Shown here: positions 45,522-55,176 of the stretch, piece after piece | Layout: each line of letters begins with the position of its first letter | Numbering within the stretch: the first letter of the stretch is position 1 | NCBI GenBank assembly: GCA_963929435.1 | Contig: CAWVIV010000020.1 | Coordinates: 4,226 to 68,225 of the forward strand | Reading direction: 5' to 3' | Length of the DNA: 64,000 nucleotides | From: an uncultured Bacilli bacterium | Lineage (GTDB): Bacteria > Bacillota_I > Bacilli_A > RF39 > UBA660 | Notes under the pieces: model-generated | Seen by the model: the letters and a program-made list of their open reading frames with translations, nothing else | The model's database searches: none | Told to the model about the DNA's origin: nothing | Position numbers and translations under genes: made by a program

Positions 45522-46931
45522 ATGAAAAGTAAGAAAATAAAGAAAAGAAGAGTATCAAAAAGTGAATATTTTATTAATATTAGTGTTACTTTAGTACTTG
45601 TTCTTTTTGGTGTTTTCTTTTTATTTGTTCCTAAAGTATCATTGAATGCTCCTTTAAAAGAAATAGTTAATATTAATTCTCATTATACTGATAAAGGGAT
45701 AACTATAAGCGATTTATTAGGAAATAAAACGATTGTAAAACCTCTTGATGATATTAATACTAATAAAGATAGAGAATATAATATAAATTATACTTATAAA
45801 GATAATATTTTTACTTATCATATACCTAAAGAAGTAGTTGTTAAAGATATAGAAAAACCTAAGATTAAATTAAATGGTAACAAAAGAGAATATTACTGTC
45901 CTAATGGGGAGTATAAAGAACTTGGATATACCGCTTATGATAATGTAGATAAAGATATTACTGATAAAGTTAAAGTAGAGAGATTAAAAGATAAAATCAT
46001 TTATAGAGTAGAAGATAGTAGTGGTAATAAGAGTGAAGTTGTAAGAAAAATTATTGCTAAAGATGTAGAGAAACCTATTATTACCTTAAATGGAGATAGT
46101 AGTACCTTTTTGAACTTAAATGAGAATTATCAAGAAGAAGGAGCGGTTATTACTGATAATTGTGATGGAGATTTATCTAGTAAAGTAGAGATTACTAACA
46201 ATATAGATACTACTAAAGTAGGAGATTATAGAGTGATTTATAAAGTTAAAGATAATAGTAATAATAAGAGTAAACTTATAAGAGATGTTAGAGTAAGAGA
46301 GGCTTTAAAACCTAACACTATCTACCTTACTTTTGATGATGGTCCAAGAGATGGTACTACTGATGTAATTTTAGATATCTTAAAAGAAAAAGGGGTTAAA
46401 GCGACATTCTTTGTTACTATGAATGGAAGTGATTCTTTGATTAAGAGAATTGTAGATGAAGGACATTCTATTGGTATACATACCGCTAGTCATAGATATG
46501 ACCTTATCTATGCATCAGTTGATAATTACTTTAATGATTTAGAGCAAGTTAGAGATAGAATCTATAATATAACAGGAGTTGATACTAAATTAATTAGATT
46601 CCCAGGTGGTTCTAGTAATACAATTTCTAAAAAATATAAAGAAGGAATAATGACTACTTTAGTTAATGATACCTTAAATAAAGGTTATCAATACTATGAT
46701 TGGAATATAGATAGTGGAGATGCTTCTTTTGCAACTAATCCTACTAAACTATATAATAGTGTTATTAATAGCTTATCTCATGATAAGTATAATGTTATTC
46801 TAATGCATGATACTAAGACTTATACAAGAGATGCTTTAAGTAAGATAATTGATTATTGTTTAAGTAATGGTTATAGCTTTGAATCAATAAACATAAATAC
46901 TATGCCTGTAAGACAGAGACTAAATAACTAG
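45522..46931 (+). CDS. Membrane-anchored polysaccharide deacetylase (Ig-like repeats plus NodB domain)
   Basis: AGGAG RBS plus ATG 45522. N-terminal TM. Two Ig-like repeats (..GYTAYDNVDKDITDKV.., ..GAVITDNCDGDLSSKV..). NodB motifs TFDDGP, HTASH, LMHD. Confidence 0.85.
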   Translation: MKSKKIKKRRVSKSEYFINISVTLVLVLFGVFFLFVPKVSLNAPLKEIVNINSHYTDKGITISDLLGNKTIVKPLDDINTNKDREYNINYTYKDNIFTYHIPKEVVVKDIEKPKIKLNGNKREYYCPNGEYKELGYTAYDNVDKDITDKVKVERLKDKIIYRVEDSSGNKSEVVRKIIAKDVEKPIITLNGDSSTFLNLNENYQEEGAVITDNCDGDLSSKVEITNNIDTTKVGDYRVIYKVKDNSNNKSKLIRDVRVREALKPNTIYLTFDDGPRDGTTDVILDILKEKGVKATFFVTMNGSDSLIKRIVDEGHSIGIHTASHRYDLIYASVDNYFNDLEQVRDRIYNITGVDTKLIRFPGGSSNTISKKYKEGIMTTLVNDTLNKGYQYYDWNIDSGDASFATNPTKLYNSVINSLSHDKYNVILMHDTKTYTRDALSKIIDYCLSNGYSFESININTMPVRQRLNN

Positions 46932-47004
46932 CTTTACAAGCTTTACATCTTTACTAGCATTAAATGTAATTTTGGTATATACTAAATATATGAGGAGTAT
47001 GACT

Positions 47005-47520
47005 ATGAAATATTTACCTGATATTTATAAGAAAAATATCTTTGATATTAATTATGATAAGTTAAAGAAAAAAGATATTAAATGTTTAATCTTTGATTTA
47101 GATAATACCCTAGCTTTCATCGACTCTACTAAAGTAGAAGATAAAGTTAAAGAGTTAATTACTAAATTAAAGAAAGACTTTTTAGTAATTATAGTTTCTA
47201 ATAGTCCTAAAAAAAGGGTATCTACCTTTGGTGAAGACTTAGGAGTAGATTACTATTCCTTTGCTTTAAAACCTACTATTAGAACACTTAAAAAAATTAA
47301 ATCTAAATATAATTTAGAGTCTAAATCTATCGCTATCATAGGGGACCAATTTATGACAGATATGGGTTATGGTTATAAAGGTCATATTACTAAGATATTT
47401 GTAGACCCTTTAGCAGTTAAAGATTTAAAGATTACTAATATTAATAGATATTTAGAAGAGAAGATTATGAAGAAATATAGTAAGAATAATCTTTTCAAGA
47501 AAGGAAAGTATTATGAATAG
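47005..47520 (+). CDS. yqeG: YqeG-family HAD phosphatase
   Basis: GAGGAG lies 7 nt upstream of ATG 47005. LIFDLDNTL and IGDQFMTD HAD motifs. Conserved position upstream of yqeH. Confidence 0.75.
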   Translation: MKYLPDIYKKNIFDINYDKLKKKDIKCLIFDLDNTLAFIDSTKVEDKVKELITKLKKDFLVIIVSNSPKKRVSTFGEDLGVDYYSFALKPTIRTLKKIKSKYNLESKSIAIIGDQFMTDMGYGYKGHITKIFVDPLAVKDLKITNINRYLEEKIMKKYSKNNLFKKGKYYE

Positions 47521-48514
47521 TGAGAAGTATTGTCTTGGATGTGGAGTTAAACTTCAAGATGAGAATATCTTAGGGGAAGGTTATACTACTAGTTTAGATA
47601 AAGATTATTGTCAAAGATGTTTTAGAATTAAAAACTATGGAGAGTATCAAATAGTTACTAAGAGTAATGATGAGTATATAGAGATACTTAAAAGTGTAGG
47701 AGAGACTAAAGATTTAGTTTTATATATTGCAGATTTACTTAATATAGAAGAAGATATCAATAAGATTAGAGAGATTATTCCTAATAAGATGATATTAGTA
47801 TTAAATAAAAGAGATGTCCTACCTAAATCAGTTAATGATGATAAACTAATAGATTATTTTAAAGATAATGATATCTTTGATAAAGTAGTAGTTATAAGTA
47901 GTGAGAAGAACTATAATATAGATTATTTATTAAAGCAGATAAAACTATATCAGACTACTAATAATGTCTATGTAGTAGGACATACTAATGCGGGAAAGAG
48001 TACTTTGATAAATAAATTATTAAGAAACTATTCTACTAGTGATAGAGAACTTACGATATCACCACTTCCTTCTACTACCTTAAATACAGTAGAAATAGAG
48101 ATAAATGAGTATTTAACATTAATAGATACTCCTGGGCTTGTAGATAGTAGTAGTATAGTTAATTATATTAGTGATGAAGAGTTTAAGAAGATAAGTCCTA
48201 GAAAAGAGATTAAACCTAAGACTTTTCAATTAAGAAAAGGACAAAGTGTAATAGTAGATAACTTCTTTAGAATTGATTATGTAGAAGGGGAAAGAAATAG
48301 TTTTACTTTCTACATGTCTAATGATTTAAAGATTAGAAGAATATCTAGTAAGCATGAAGACTTAAAAGATTTACAAAAAAGAACTTATGAAATGGGCTAT
48401 GATGAAGATATATGTGTTAATGGGTTAGGCTTTGTAAAAGGAGTTAATAAAGGAACTGTTGATATATATTTAGATTCTAAAGTAAGTACTTATAAAAGAA
48501 GTAATTTAATATAA
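47513..48514 (+). CDS. yqeH: Ribosome biogenesis GTPase YqeH
   Basis: N-terminal zinc finger CLGCG...CQRC. Circularly permuted GTPase motifs NKRD ... GHTNAGKST ... DTPG. Confidence 0.8.
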   Translation: MNSEKYCLGCGVKLQDENILGEGYTTSLDKDYCQRCFRIKNYGEYQIVTKSNDEYIEILKSVGETKDLVLYIADLLNIEEDINKIREIIPNKMILVLNKRDVLPKSVNDDKLIDYFKDNDIFDKVVVISSEKNYNIDYLLKQIKLYQTTNNVYVVGHTNAGKSTLINKLLRNYSTSDRELTISPLPSTTLNTVEIEINEYLTLIDTPGLVDSSSIVNYISDEEFKKISPRKEIKPKTFQLRKGQSVIVDNFFRIDYVEGERNSFTFYMSNDLKIRRISSKHEDLKDLQKRTYEMGYDEDICVNGLGFVKGVNKGTVDIYLDSKVSTYKRSNLI

Positions 48515-48563
48515 TTGATATTTTGTAATATTTATAGTAAAATTTAATTGAGGAGAAGATGTT

Positions 48564-49109
48564 ATGAATAGTGAATTTATTAGTGATGTTGAAAATAAAA
48601 TGAAAGGTGCACTTGCTAACTTAGAAAAACGTTTTACTACAGTTAGAGCAGGACGAGCTAACCCTTCTAGTTTAGATGGTGTTGTTGTTGATTATTATGG
48701 TTCTATGACTCCATTAAAGAGTCTTGCAACTATCTCAGTACCAGAGGCAACTCAGTTATTAATTAAACCTTTTGATAGAGGTTGTTTAGGTAATATAGAG
48801 AAAGCTATTATCGCCGCTAATCTTGGTTACAATCCTTCTAATGATGGAGAGACTATTAGAATAGTTATACCTGCCTTAACAGAAGAGCGACGTAAAGAAC
48901 TTACTAAACAAGTTAAAGCCATGGCTGAGGAAGCTAAAGTATCTATTAGAAATATTAGACATGAAGCTAATGAGAAAATAGAGAAGATGGAACTTCCTGA
49001 AGATGAAGAAAAAGGTATGATGAAGGATGTTCAGGACCTTGTTAATGACTATAATAAAGATATAGATAATATCTATAAAGATAAAGAAAAAGAATTAATG
49101 ACTGTATAG
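48564..49109 (+). CDS. frr: Ribosome recycling factor
   Basis: 181 aa. F..VR.GRANPS.LD.V.VDYYG..TPL..LA.IS.PE..QL.I.PFD is the RRF signature. Confidence 0.95.
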   Translation: MNSEFISDVENKMKGALANLEKRFTTVRAGRANPSSLDGVVVDYYGSMTPLKSLATISVPEATQLLIKPFDRGCLGNIEKAIIAANLGYNPSNDGETIRIVIPALTEERRKELTKQVKAMAEEAKVSIRNIRHEANEKIEKMELPEDEEKGMMKDVQDLVNDYNKDIDNIYKDKEKELMTV

Positions 49110-49130
49110 TAGTGTTTAGCACTACTTTTA
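49108..49130 (+). terminator. Terminator after frr
   Basis: AGTAGTG (49108-49114) pairs with CACTACT (49120-49126), loop TTTAG, then TTTAATTTT. Confidence 0.6.
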
Positions 49131-49194
49131 ATTTTATTTACTTTAGGTTGATTTTAGTATATAATATGTTTTGTTAGAAAGAGGGAATTTGTTG

Positions 49195-49740
49195 ATGAAA
49201 GAAAAAATTAATTATCCTTTAGAAATAATGAAAGATAGAAAGGAACTTATTGATAAAGAGATAAGTACAAATGGCAATCTTTCTATGAATAGTTATAACT
49301 TATTATTAAAACAAATAGGTGTAGATATTTATGATAGTATAAATAATTTAAAAGAGTGGAATAGGTTTACTATTAAAGGGTCTTTATATGTAAGGAGTAC
49401 TTTAGGTATCTTTATACCTAGAAAAAGAGAACTTAGAAAGATGATTTTATTAGGACTAGATAGTGGTAAAGTTGCTTTTGATAATTATAAGAGAGTTTTA
49501 GAAGGATTAGATATTACTAATGATACAAGAAGTCTTAGTGATTTAAAGATTTTAATAGAACAATTATATAATGCTGAAGTTTATACTGATAATTATGATG
49601 ATTATATGAATAATTTAATGGTAAGAAATTTAACTAACTATTTAGAAGGAGATTATAACTATAACTATTTAATAGAAATGGAAGAAAGAAGAGATAAAGT
49701 TTTAGAGTTAGAAAAGAAGTATTTACTCAATAAAAAGTAA
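49195..49740 (+). CDS. Hypothetical protein
   Basis: AGAGGGA RBS plus ATG 49195. 181 aa. No motif recognised. Confidence 0.5.
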   Translation: MKEKINYPLEIMKDRKELIDKEISTNGNLSMNSYNLLLKQIGVDIYDSINNLKEWNRFTIKGSLYVRSTLGIFIPRKRELRKMILLGLDSGKVAFDNYKRVLEGLDITNDTRSLSDLKILIEQLYNAEVYTDNYDDYMNNLMVRNLTNYLEGDYNYNYLIEMEERRDKVLELEKKYLLNKK

Positions 49741-49789
49741 TATTTTCTATTTACAATTAACTTTTAAATATGATATAGTAATTCATGAA

Positions 49790-50012
49790 ATGACTATGAT
49801 TAAGAAGTAGTAGTAAACGATGTCTTTAAAGAGAGTCTATGGTTGGTGGAAATAGATAAGAATAGTTTATGAATTCATCTTAGGAGTTCCTATAACAAAA
49901 TTATAGGCGTTAAGATCGCGTTAAGATAATGAGTTAGTTACAATAACTATAAATTAAGGTGGTACAGAGTATACTTCTTGTAGACTCCCTTAAGTTATAG
50001 TTATTTTTTATT
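49790..50012 (+). promoter_or_regulatory. T-box riboswitch leader, probable Phe (UUC) specifier
   Basis: Upstream promoter TTTACA(49750)-18-TGATATAGT. Stem I elements AGTAGTAGTAAAC, AAAGAGAG, GGTTGGTGGAAAT. GAA-UUC-A at 49871-49877. T-box sequence AAATTAAGGTGGTACAGAG (49951-49969). Terminator AATAACTATAAATTAAGG / CCTTAAGTTATAGTTATT (49942-50005) plus a T run. pheST lies downstream. Confidence 0.8.
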
Positions 50013-50026
50013 TTTAAGGAGGAGTT

Positions 50027-50671
50027 ATGGTTAAACGATTTATTTGGGACTTGGATGGAACAATTCTAGATGGAGATTTTTCAAAAGAAGAAGAACTATT
50101 TAGGGCAAACTTAAGTGAAGCAGATTATACAAAATTTATTAGTAAGTGGTTTGATTTACTAATGGCTTATGAAAGAAGATATCCTAAATATGATAGAAAA
50201 ATGTTAAGCCATTTTCTTAGTGTAACTACAGGGGTTAATATAAGTCCAGATTTAATAGGAAAATGGTCTAATTACATGATAAATGTTAATGAAGCCATTC
50301 ATCCTGGGGTGGTAGAAGTTCTTGATTATTTAAATAATAAAGGAATAGAGAATGTAATATATTCAAATGCATTTACTAATACTCAAGTGGGAAGACTTAA
50401 AAAAGTAGGATTAGATTCATACTTTAAAGAAATTATAGGAGCGGAAGAATATATGAAACCAAGTAAAGAAGGCTTTCTTTATGCTTGTGGGCCTTATAAG
50501 CCTTATAAATGTGTTATGGTAGGAGATAATTATGATAAAGATATATTAGGAGCTAAGAATGCTGGGCTTAGAACAATTTACTATAGTCCTAAAGAAGATG
50601 TAAATGTTCCTCATGTAAAAAGATTAGTTAAGATAAAGGAGATGTTAGAAGATGAATATAGAAGATATTAA
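50027..50671 (+). CDS. HAD-superfamily hydrolase
   Basis: WDLDGTILD (motif I), SN (motif II), K...[16 protein letters not shown] (motifs III/IV). Confidence 0.8.
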   Translation: MVKRFIWDLDGTILDGDFSKEEELFRANLSEADYTKFISKWFDLLMAYERRYPKYDRKMLSHFLSVTTGVNISPDLIGKWSNYMINVNEAIHPGVVEVLDYLNNKGIENVIYSNAFTNTQVGRLKKVGLDSYFKEIIGAEEYMKPSKEGFLYACGPYKPYKCVMVGDNYDKDILGAKNAGLRTIYYSPKEDVNVPHVKRLVKIKEMLEDEYRRY

Positions 50672-51701
50672 AAAAGAAATTGAAAAAGATTTAAGTAGTG
50701 TTAAAGACTTAAAGAGTCTTAATGAACTACACATTAAATATTTAAGTAAGAAAGGTATTATTACAGAACTTAATAGTAAGATTAAAGATGTTCCTAATGA
50801 TAAGAAAAAAGAGTTTGGTATGAGTGTTAACTCTTTAAGAACTTACTTTAATGAAAAATATAATGCTCTAAAAGATAAGTTTGAGACTGATGAATTAAAT
50901 AAAAAACTAGAAAGTGAATCTATTGATATAAGTTTACCTAGTACAAAAGTGAGTATAGGTTCTCCTAATATATTAGAGAAATTAATAGAAGAAGTAGAAG
51001 AAATCTTTATGTCTATGGGTTATGATGTTGTTGATGGACCAGAGGTTGAAGAAGATAAATATAACTTTGAAATGTTAAATATACCTAAAGGACATCCTGC
51101 AAGAGATGCTCAAGATACATTTTATATTGAAGGAGAAGAGATACTACTTAGAAGTCAAACATCACCTGTTCAAGTTAGAACTATGTTAAAAGCAGAAGGT
51201 AAGAAGCCTGTTCGAGTTATTTGTCCTGGTAAGACTTATAGAAGAGATGATGATGATGCTACTCACTCTCATCAATTTATGCAAATAGAAGGATTACTTG
51301 TTGATAAAGATATTTCTCTATCAGACTTAAAAGGTACTTTTGAAGTTGTCTTTAAGAAGTTATTTGGGGAAGATGTTGAAGTTAGATTAAGACCAAGTTA
51401 TTATCCATTTACAGAGCCTTCTGTTGAAGCAGATATTAGTTGTTTTAATTGTAAAGGAAAGGGTTGTAATATTTGTAAACATACAGGTTGGATTACCATT
51501 GTAGGAGCAGGTATGGTTCATCCAAATGTTCTTAGAATGGGAGGCTTTGATCCTAGTGTTTGGTCAGGTTTTGCTTTTGGTTTTGGAGCAGAACGTGTTG
51601 CAATGCTTAAGTATGGTATTAATGATATAAGAGTTTTCTATAATACTGATTTAAGAGAAGTTAATAATTTTGATAGAGGGGAGTTAGATAACAATGATTA
51701 A
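50652..51701 (+). CDS. pheS: Phenylalanine--tRNA ligase alpha subunit
   Basis: HPARD..DTFY, FRRD..DATH..QFHQ-like ([19 protein letters not shown]), [14 protein letters not shown]. 349 aa. Confidence 0.95.
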   Translation: MNIEDIKKEIEKDLSSVKDLKSLNELHIKYLSKKGIITELNSKIKDVPNDKKKEFGMSVNSLRTYFNEKYNALKDKFETDELNKKLESESIDISLPSTKVSIGSPNILEKLIEEVEEIFMSMGYDVVDGPEVEEDKYNFEMLNIPKGHPARDAQDTFYIEGEEILLRSQTSPVQVRTMLKAEGKKPVRVICPGKTYRRDDDDATHSHQFMQIEGLLVDKDISLSDLKGTFEVVFKKLFGEDVEVRLRPSYYPFTEPSVEADISCFNCKGKGCNICKHTGWITIVGAGMVHPNVLRMGGFDPSVWSGFAFGFGAERVAMLKYGINDIRVFYNTDLREVNNFDRGELDNND

Positions 51702-54060
51702 TTTAGAGTGGGTAAAAGATTATATAGATATATCTGACCAAGATTTAGAGGAACTTGCAGTTAAGATTACAGAAGCTGGTATTAATGTTGAGAAAGTTAT
51801 TACTAATAAGATAGATAATCTAGTTATTGGAGAAGTTAAATCTTGTGTAGACCATCCTGATAGTGACCATTTACATTTATGTATGGTTGATGTAGGAAAA
51901 GACGAATTACAACAAATAGTCTGTGGGGCACCTAATGTTCGTGAAGGACTTAAAGTAATAGTAGCCTTACCAGGAGCAGTGCTTCCAGGTGACTTTGCTA
52001 TTAAAGCCAGTAAAATTAGAGGAGTAGAGTCTAATGGTATGATTTGTGCTTTATATGAACTCGGTCTTGAAGAGAAAAATGATGAGACATATGCTAAAGG
52101 TATTGAAGAGTTAAAAGACAACGCTCCTGTAGGAAAAGACCCTCTTGTTTATTTAGGGCTTGAAGATACATTATATGAGTTAGATATTCATAAACATCGT
52201 AATAATGATTGTTACTATCATATCGGTTTTGCTTATGAAATCTCTGCAATATTAAATAGAAAAGTAACACTACCAGATTTATCTTATAGCGAAGATAAAG
52301 ATAATATTAATAATCATTTTAAACTTGAAGTAGAAACTACTAAGTGTCCTTATTACTTAGCGAAAATGGTTACTAATGTAGAAATCAAAGAGTCACCTGA
52401 TTTTATTAAAAGAAGATTACTTTCTGTTGGTATGAGATCAATAAATAATGTTGTAGATATATCTAATTATGTTATGTTAGAGTTTGGTCAACCACTTCAT
52501 TTCTTTGATAAAGAAACTCTAGGTGATAAAATACTAGTTAGAGATGCAAAAGAAGGAGAAGAGATTACTACTTTAGATGATAAAGAAAGAGTTTTAAGAA
52601 ATAGTGATATCATTATTACTGATGGAGAAAAACCTGTTTGTATCGCTGGTGTTATGGGAGGTGCTAATACAGAAGTTGAGTCTACTACTAAAAATATCTT
52701 AATAGAAGCAGCTATCTTTGACCCTGTTAGTATTAGATATACGGCATCTCACTTAGACCTTAGAAGTGAAGCTAGTATAAGATATGGTAAAGGACTTAGT
52801 TATGAATATACTAATTATGCTCTTGATAGAGCTTGTCATTTACTAGAAAAATATGCTAATGCTACTATTTTATCTGGTACTGTTAAACACGATAAAATAG
52901 ATAAAACTCCTAAAGTAGTAGAGTTCTATCCTATAGATGTAGATAAAATGCTAGGAATTAAAATAGATGAAGATATTATGAAACATGAACTTGAAAGATT
53001 AGACTTTCCTTATACTATTAAAGATGGTAAGTTTAAGGTAACTATCCCTAGTAGAAGACTTGATATTGAATCTAATGTTAATGATATAGCAGAAGAGATA
53101 GGTAGACTTTATGGTTATCAAAATATCAAAGGAACTCTTCCTAAGATAGAATTAAAAAGAGGAGAGTATGTAGGTGATGTTAAATATCGTAAAGTTATTT
53201 CTAAAAGACTTAGAAGTTTAGGACTTAATGAAGTTAAGACTTATACTTTAGTATCACCATCTATGGCTGCTAGCTTTGATTATGAAGAAAAAGAGAAAAT
53301 TACTTTACCTAATCCTATGAGTATCGATAAGAGTGTTATTAGAACAAGTTTAATACCATCTCTATTAAATACTTATAACTATAATAAAGCTCGTAAGGTA
53401 GAAGATATAAATATCTACGAGATTGCTAAAACTTATGATAAATCATATAATGAAGAGTCTAAGATAGCATTTCTTATGAAAGGTAACTATGTTACTAATC
53501 CTTGGAAAGGTTCAATGAAAGTAGATTTTTACTTGATGAAAGGAATTGTTGAAAGTATTCTTGATTACTTAGGTTTTAAAAACCGTTATAGTTTTGTTAA
53601 GAGTGGTGTTAAGGATTTACATCCAGGAATATCTGCAGATATCCTTCTTGACCGTAAAAGAATTGGTATTATGGGTAGAGTTCATCCTAAAACTTGTAAA
53701 GACGAAGTGTATGTTTGTGAGTTATCTTTGAATGCTTTAATGACTAAAGTTAAGCCTTTAAAATATAAAGAAGCTTCAAAGTACCCAACAATAGTTAAAG
53801 ACGTTGCCTTTATTGTACCTAAGTCTATGTCATCAAGTGAAGTAGAGACAGTTATTAAAAAAGCTGGTGGTAGACTACTTAATGAAATAAATGTCTTTGA
53901 TGTTTATGAAAAACTTGATAATGATAAGAAATCTATCGCTTATAACTTAACATTTATGGATAGTAATAGAACTTTAACAGATGAAGAAGTAATGAATGTC
54001 TTTGATAATATTATTAAGAAGGTAACTACTACTTTAGATGTAGAATTAAGAGATAAGTAA
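51694..54060 (+). CDS. pheT: Phenylalanine--tRNA ligase beta subunit
   Basis: 788 aa. N-terminal tRNA-binding (EMAP/OB) domain ([24 protein letters not shown]), B3/4 and B5 domains, C-terminal FDX-ACB domain. Overlaps the pheS stop. Confidence 0.95.
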   Translation: MINLEWVKDYIDISDQDLEELAVKITEAGINVEKVITNKIDNLVIGEVKSCVDHPDSDHLHLCMVDVGKDELQQIVCGAPNVREGLKVIVALPGAVLPGDFAIKASKIRGVESNGMICALYELGLEEKNDETYAKGIEELKDNAPVGKDPLVYLGLEDTLYELDIHKHRNNDCYYHIGFAYEISAILNRKVTLPDLSYSEDKDNINNHFKLEVETTKCPYYLAKMVTNVEIKESPDFIKRRLLSVGMRSINNVVDISNYVMLEFGQPLHFFDKETLGDKILVRDAKEGEEITTLDDKERVLRNSDIIITDGEKPVCIAGVMGGANTEVESTTKNILIEAAIFDPVSIRYTASHLDLRSEASIRYGKGLSYEYTNYALDRACHLLEKYANATILSGTVKHDKIDKTPKVVEFYPIDVDKMLGIKIDEDIMKHELERLDFPYTIKDGKFKVTIPSRRLDIESNVNDIAEEIGRLYGYQNIKGTLPKIELKRGEYVGDVKYRKVISKRLRSLGLNEVKTYTLVSPSMAASFDYEEKEKITLPNPMSIDKSVIRTSLIPSLLNTYNYNKARKVEDINIYEIAKTYDKSYNEESKIAFLMKGNYVTNPWKGSMKVDFYLMKGIVESILDYLGFKNRYSFVKSGVKDLHPGISADILLDRKRIGIMGRVHPKTCKDEVYVCELSLNALMTKVKPLKYKEASKYPTIVKDVAFIVPKSMSSSEVETVIKKAGGRLLNEINVFDVYEKLDNDKKSIAYNLTFMDSNRTLTDEEVMNVFDNIIKKVTTTLDVELRDK

Positions 54061-54072
54061 TAAAGATAAGAG

Positions 54073-54100
54073 ACTAGAGTAAAAAAACTCTAGTTTTTTT
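54073..54100 (+). terminator. Terminator after pheT
   Basis: ACTAGAG / CTCTAGT with loop TAAAAAAA, followed by T7. Confidence 0.8.
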
Positions 54101-54198
54101 GTGCAATAATTAAAAGAGCAAAAATAAAGATATCGTTAATAATATAGTAGACACAAGTATTTTTTTCTTGTGTGAATATTAAAGAAAGGAGGGTATCT

Positions 54199-54606
54199 AT
54201 GTGTAGAGTTGGAGACATAATTGTTGTTAAAGAGTTCAAAGATAAGAATGGTATTGTTGTTCCTAGACACTCTTTTGTGGTAATTAATGATGAAGCAGGG
54301 ATAATAGAGAGTTACTCATATGATTTTATTTCCAATGTTATGTGTAGTTTTCATAGTGAAAGCCATAAGAAAAGAAAGTTAAAAATTAAAAGTAATCTAG
54401 AAATCACACCTAACAAAATCAATGGTAGAAATGTTAATAACAAAAGTGGTTATATTAGGGCAGATGATTTATTCTATTTTAAGAAAGATAAAATAGATTA
54501 TAAAGTTATCGGTCGTTTAAGTGATGATATGTTAGACAAATTAATAAAACTAGTTATAAATTTAAATGTTGAACACAAAACAAAAGATTTAATCAATAAT
54601 TTATAA
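54199..54606 (+). CDS. Possible MazF/PemK-fold protein (orphan toxin-like)
   Basis: AAGGAGGG RBS. RVGDIIVVKEFKDKNGIVVPRHSFVVIND and ..GYIRADDLFYFKKDKIDYKVIGRLSDDMLDKL follow the PemK/MazF pattern (GDI..v......G.E....RP.vVi.nd ... S.v...qi.tidk.rl...iG.l). Confidence 0.35.
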   Translation: MCRVGDIIVVKEFKDKNGIVVPRHSFVVINDEAGIIESYSYDFISNVMCSFHSESHKKRKLKIKSNLEITPNKINGRNVNNKSGYIRADDLFYFKKDKIDYKVIGRLSDDMLDKLIKLVINLNVEHKTKDLINNL

Positions 54607-54699
54607 TTTATTAATGGAATTTAAAAATGTGTTGAATATTTGTTACATTAATGATAATATATAATTGTATTAAATTTTATATAAGGGAGGAAATGTTAT

Positions 54700-54876
54700 A
54701 TGTCAAAGAAAAGCATAACAAAGTTTCCTGAAGGTTTTTTTCAACAAAAAAGACCTATACTTAATGCATCAGAGGTCCTTAAAGATTTAAAACCTTTTGA
54801 ATGGGAAGGTGTTATTGATTTTGATGAAGATAAAACTAAAAAAAACAAAAATAAGGTGAGGAGAAATAAAAAATAA
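54700..54876 (+). CDS. Possible small basic-tailed protein (58 aa)
   Basis: GGGAGG lies 9 nt upstream of ATG 54700. MSKKSITKFPEGFFQQKRPILNASEVLKDLKPFEWEGVIDFDEDKTKKNKNKVRRNKK. Not in the ORF track because it is too short. Confidence 0.3.
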   Translation: MSKKSITKFPEGFFQQKRPILNASEVLKDLKPFEWEGVIDFDEDKTKKNKNKVRRNKK

Positions 54877-54891
54877 AATTACAAAAACATC

Positions 54892-54921
54892 TTTACATGC
54901 TAGTACCATTTATGATATAAT
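54892..54921 (+). promoter_or_regulatory. Putative promoter with extended -10, driving the structured leader of the SDR gene
   Basis: TTTACA (54892-54897), 18 nt spacer, TGATATAAT (54913-54921). Confidence 0.5.
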
Positions 54922-54962
54922 CAAAACGTATTAGATGAGGGAAACTTCATATAATATATAAG

Positions 54963-55087
54963 ATGATTTTCTTTTTACGAAAATTATCTCGCTTGTAGAT
55001 GGCCGCGAGTAATAAATTATTCTACGCTGCAGATTATCTCGCTTGTAGATGGCCCGCGAGTAATAAATTATTCTACCGGAAAATCAT
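54963..55087 (+). promoter_or_regulatory. Nested inverted-repeat element enclosing two tandem hairpin modules (candidate cis-regulatory RNA or MITE-like element)
   Basis: Outer 9-bp pairing ATGATTTTC (54963-54971) with GAAAATCAT (55079-55087). The interior holds two copies of a 43/44-nt module, each an ATTA(T)CTCGC / GCGAGTAAT stem whose loop GTAGA is complementary to the TCTAC 3' of the stem. Confidence 0.45.
54983..55076 (+). repeat. Tandem direct repeat, 43 and 44 nt, separated by 7 nt
   Basis: ATTATCTCGCTTGTAGATGGCCGCGAGTAATAAATTATTCTAC (54983-55025) and the same with one extra C (55033-55076). GC-rich cores lie in AT-rich DNA. Confidence 0.95.
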
Positions 55088-55176
55088 ATAAACTGTAAAA
55101 AAGTATCTAATTTTCTCTAAATTATTTACTTTTTTCTTTTGTTTTTCTATACTTAAGTTAGAAAGGTAGGATTTAT

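Noticed and set aside
54983-55076. Possible CRISPR array.
   Set aside because: There are only two repeat units separated by 7 nt, with no spacers and no cas genes in the window. It is treated instead as a tandem structured module.
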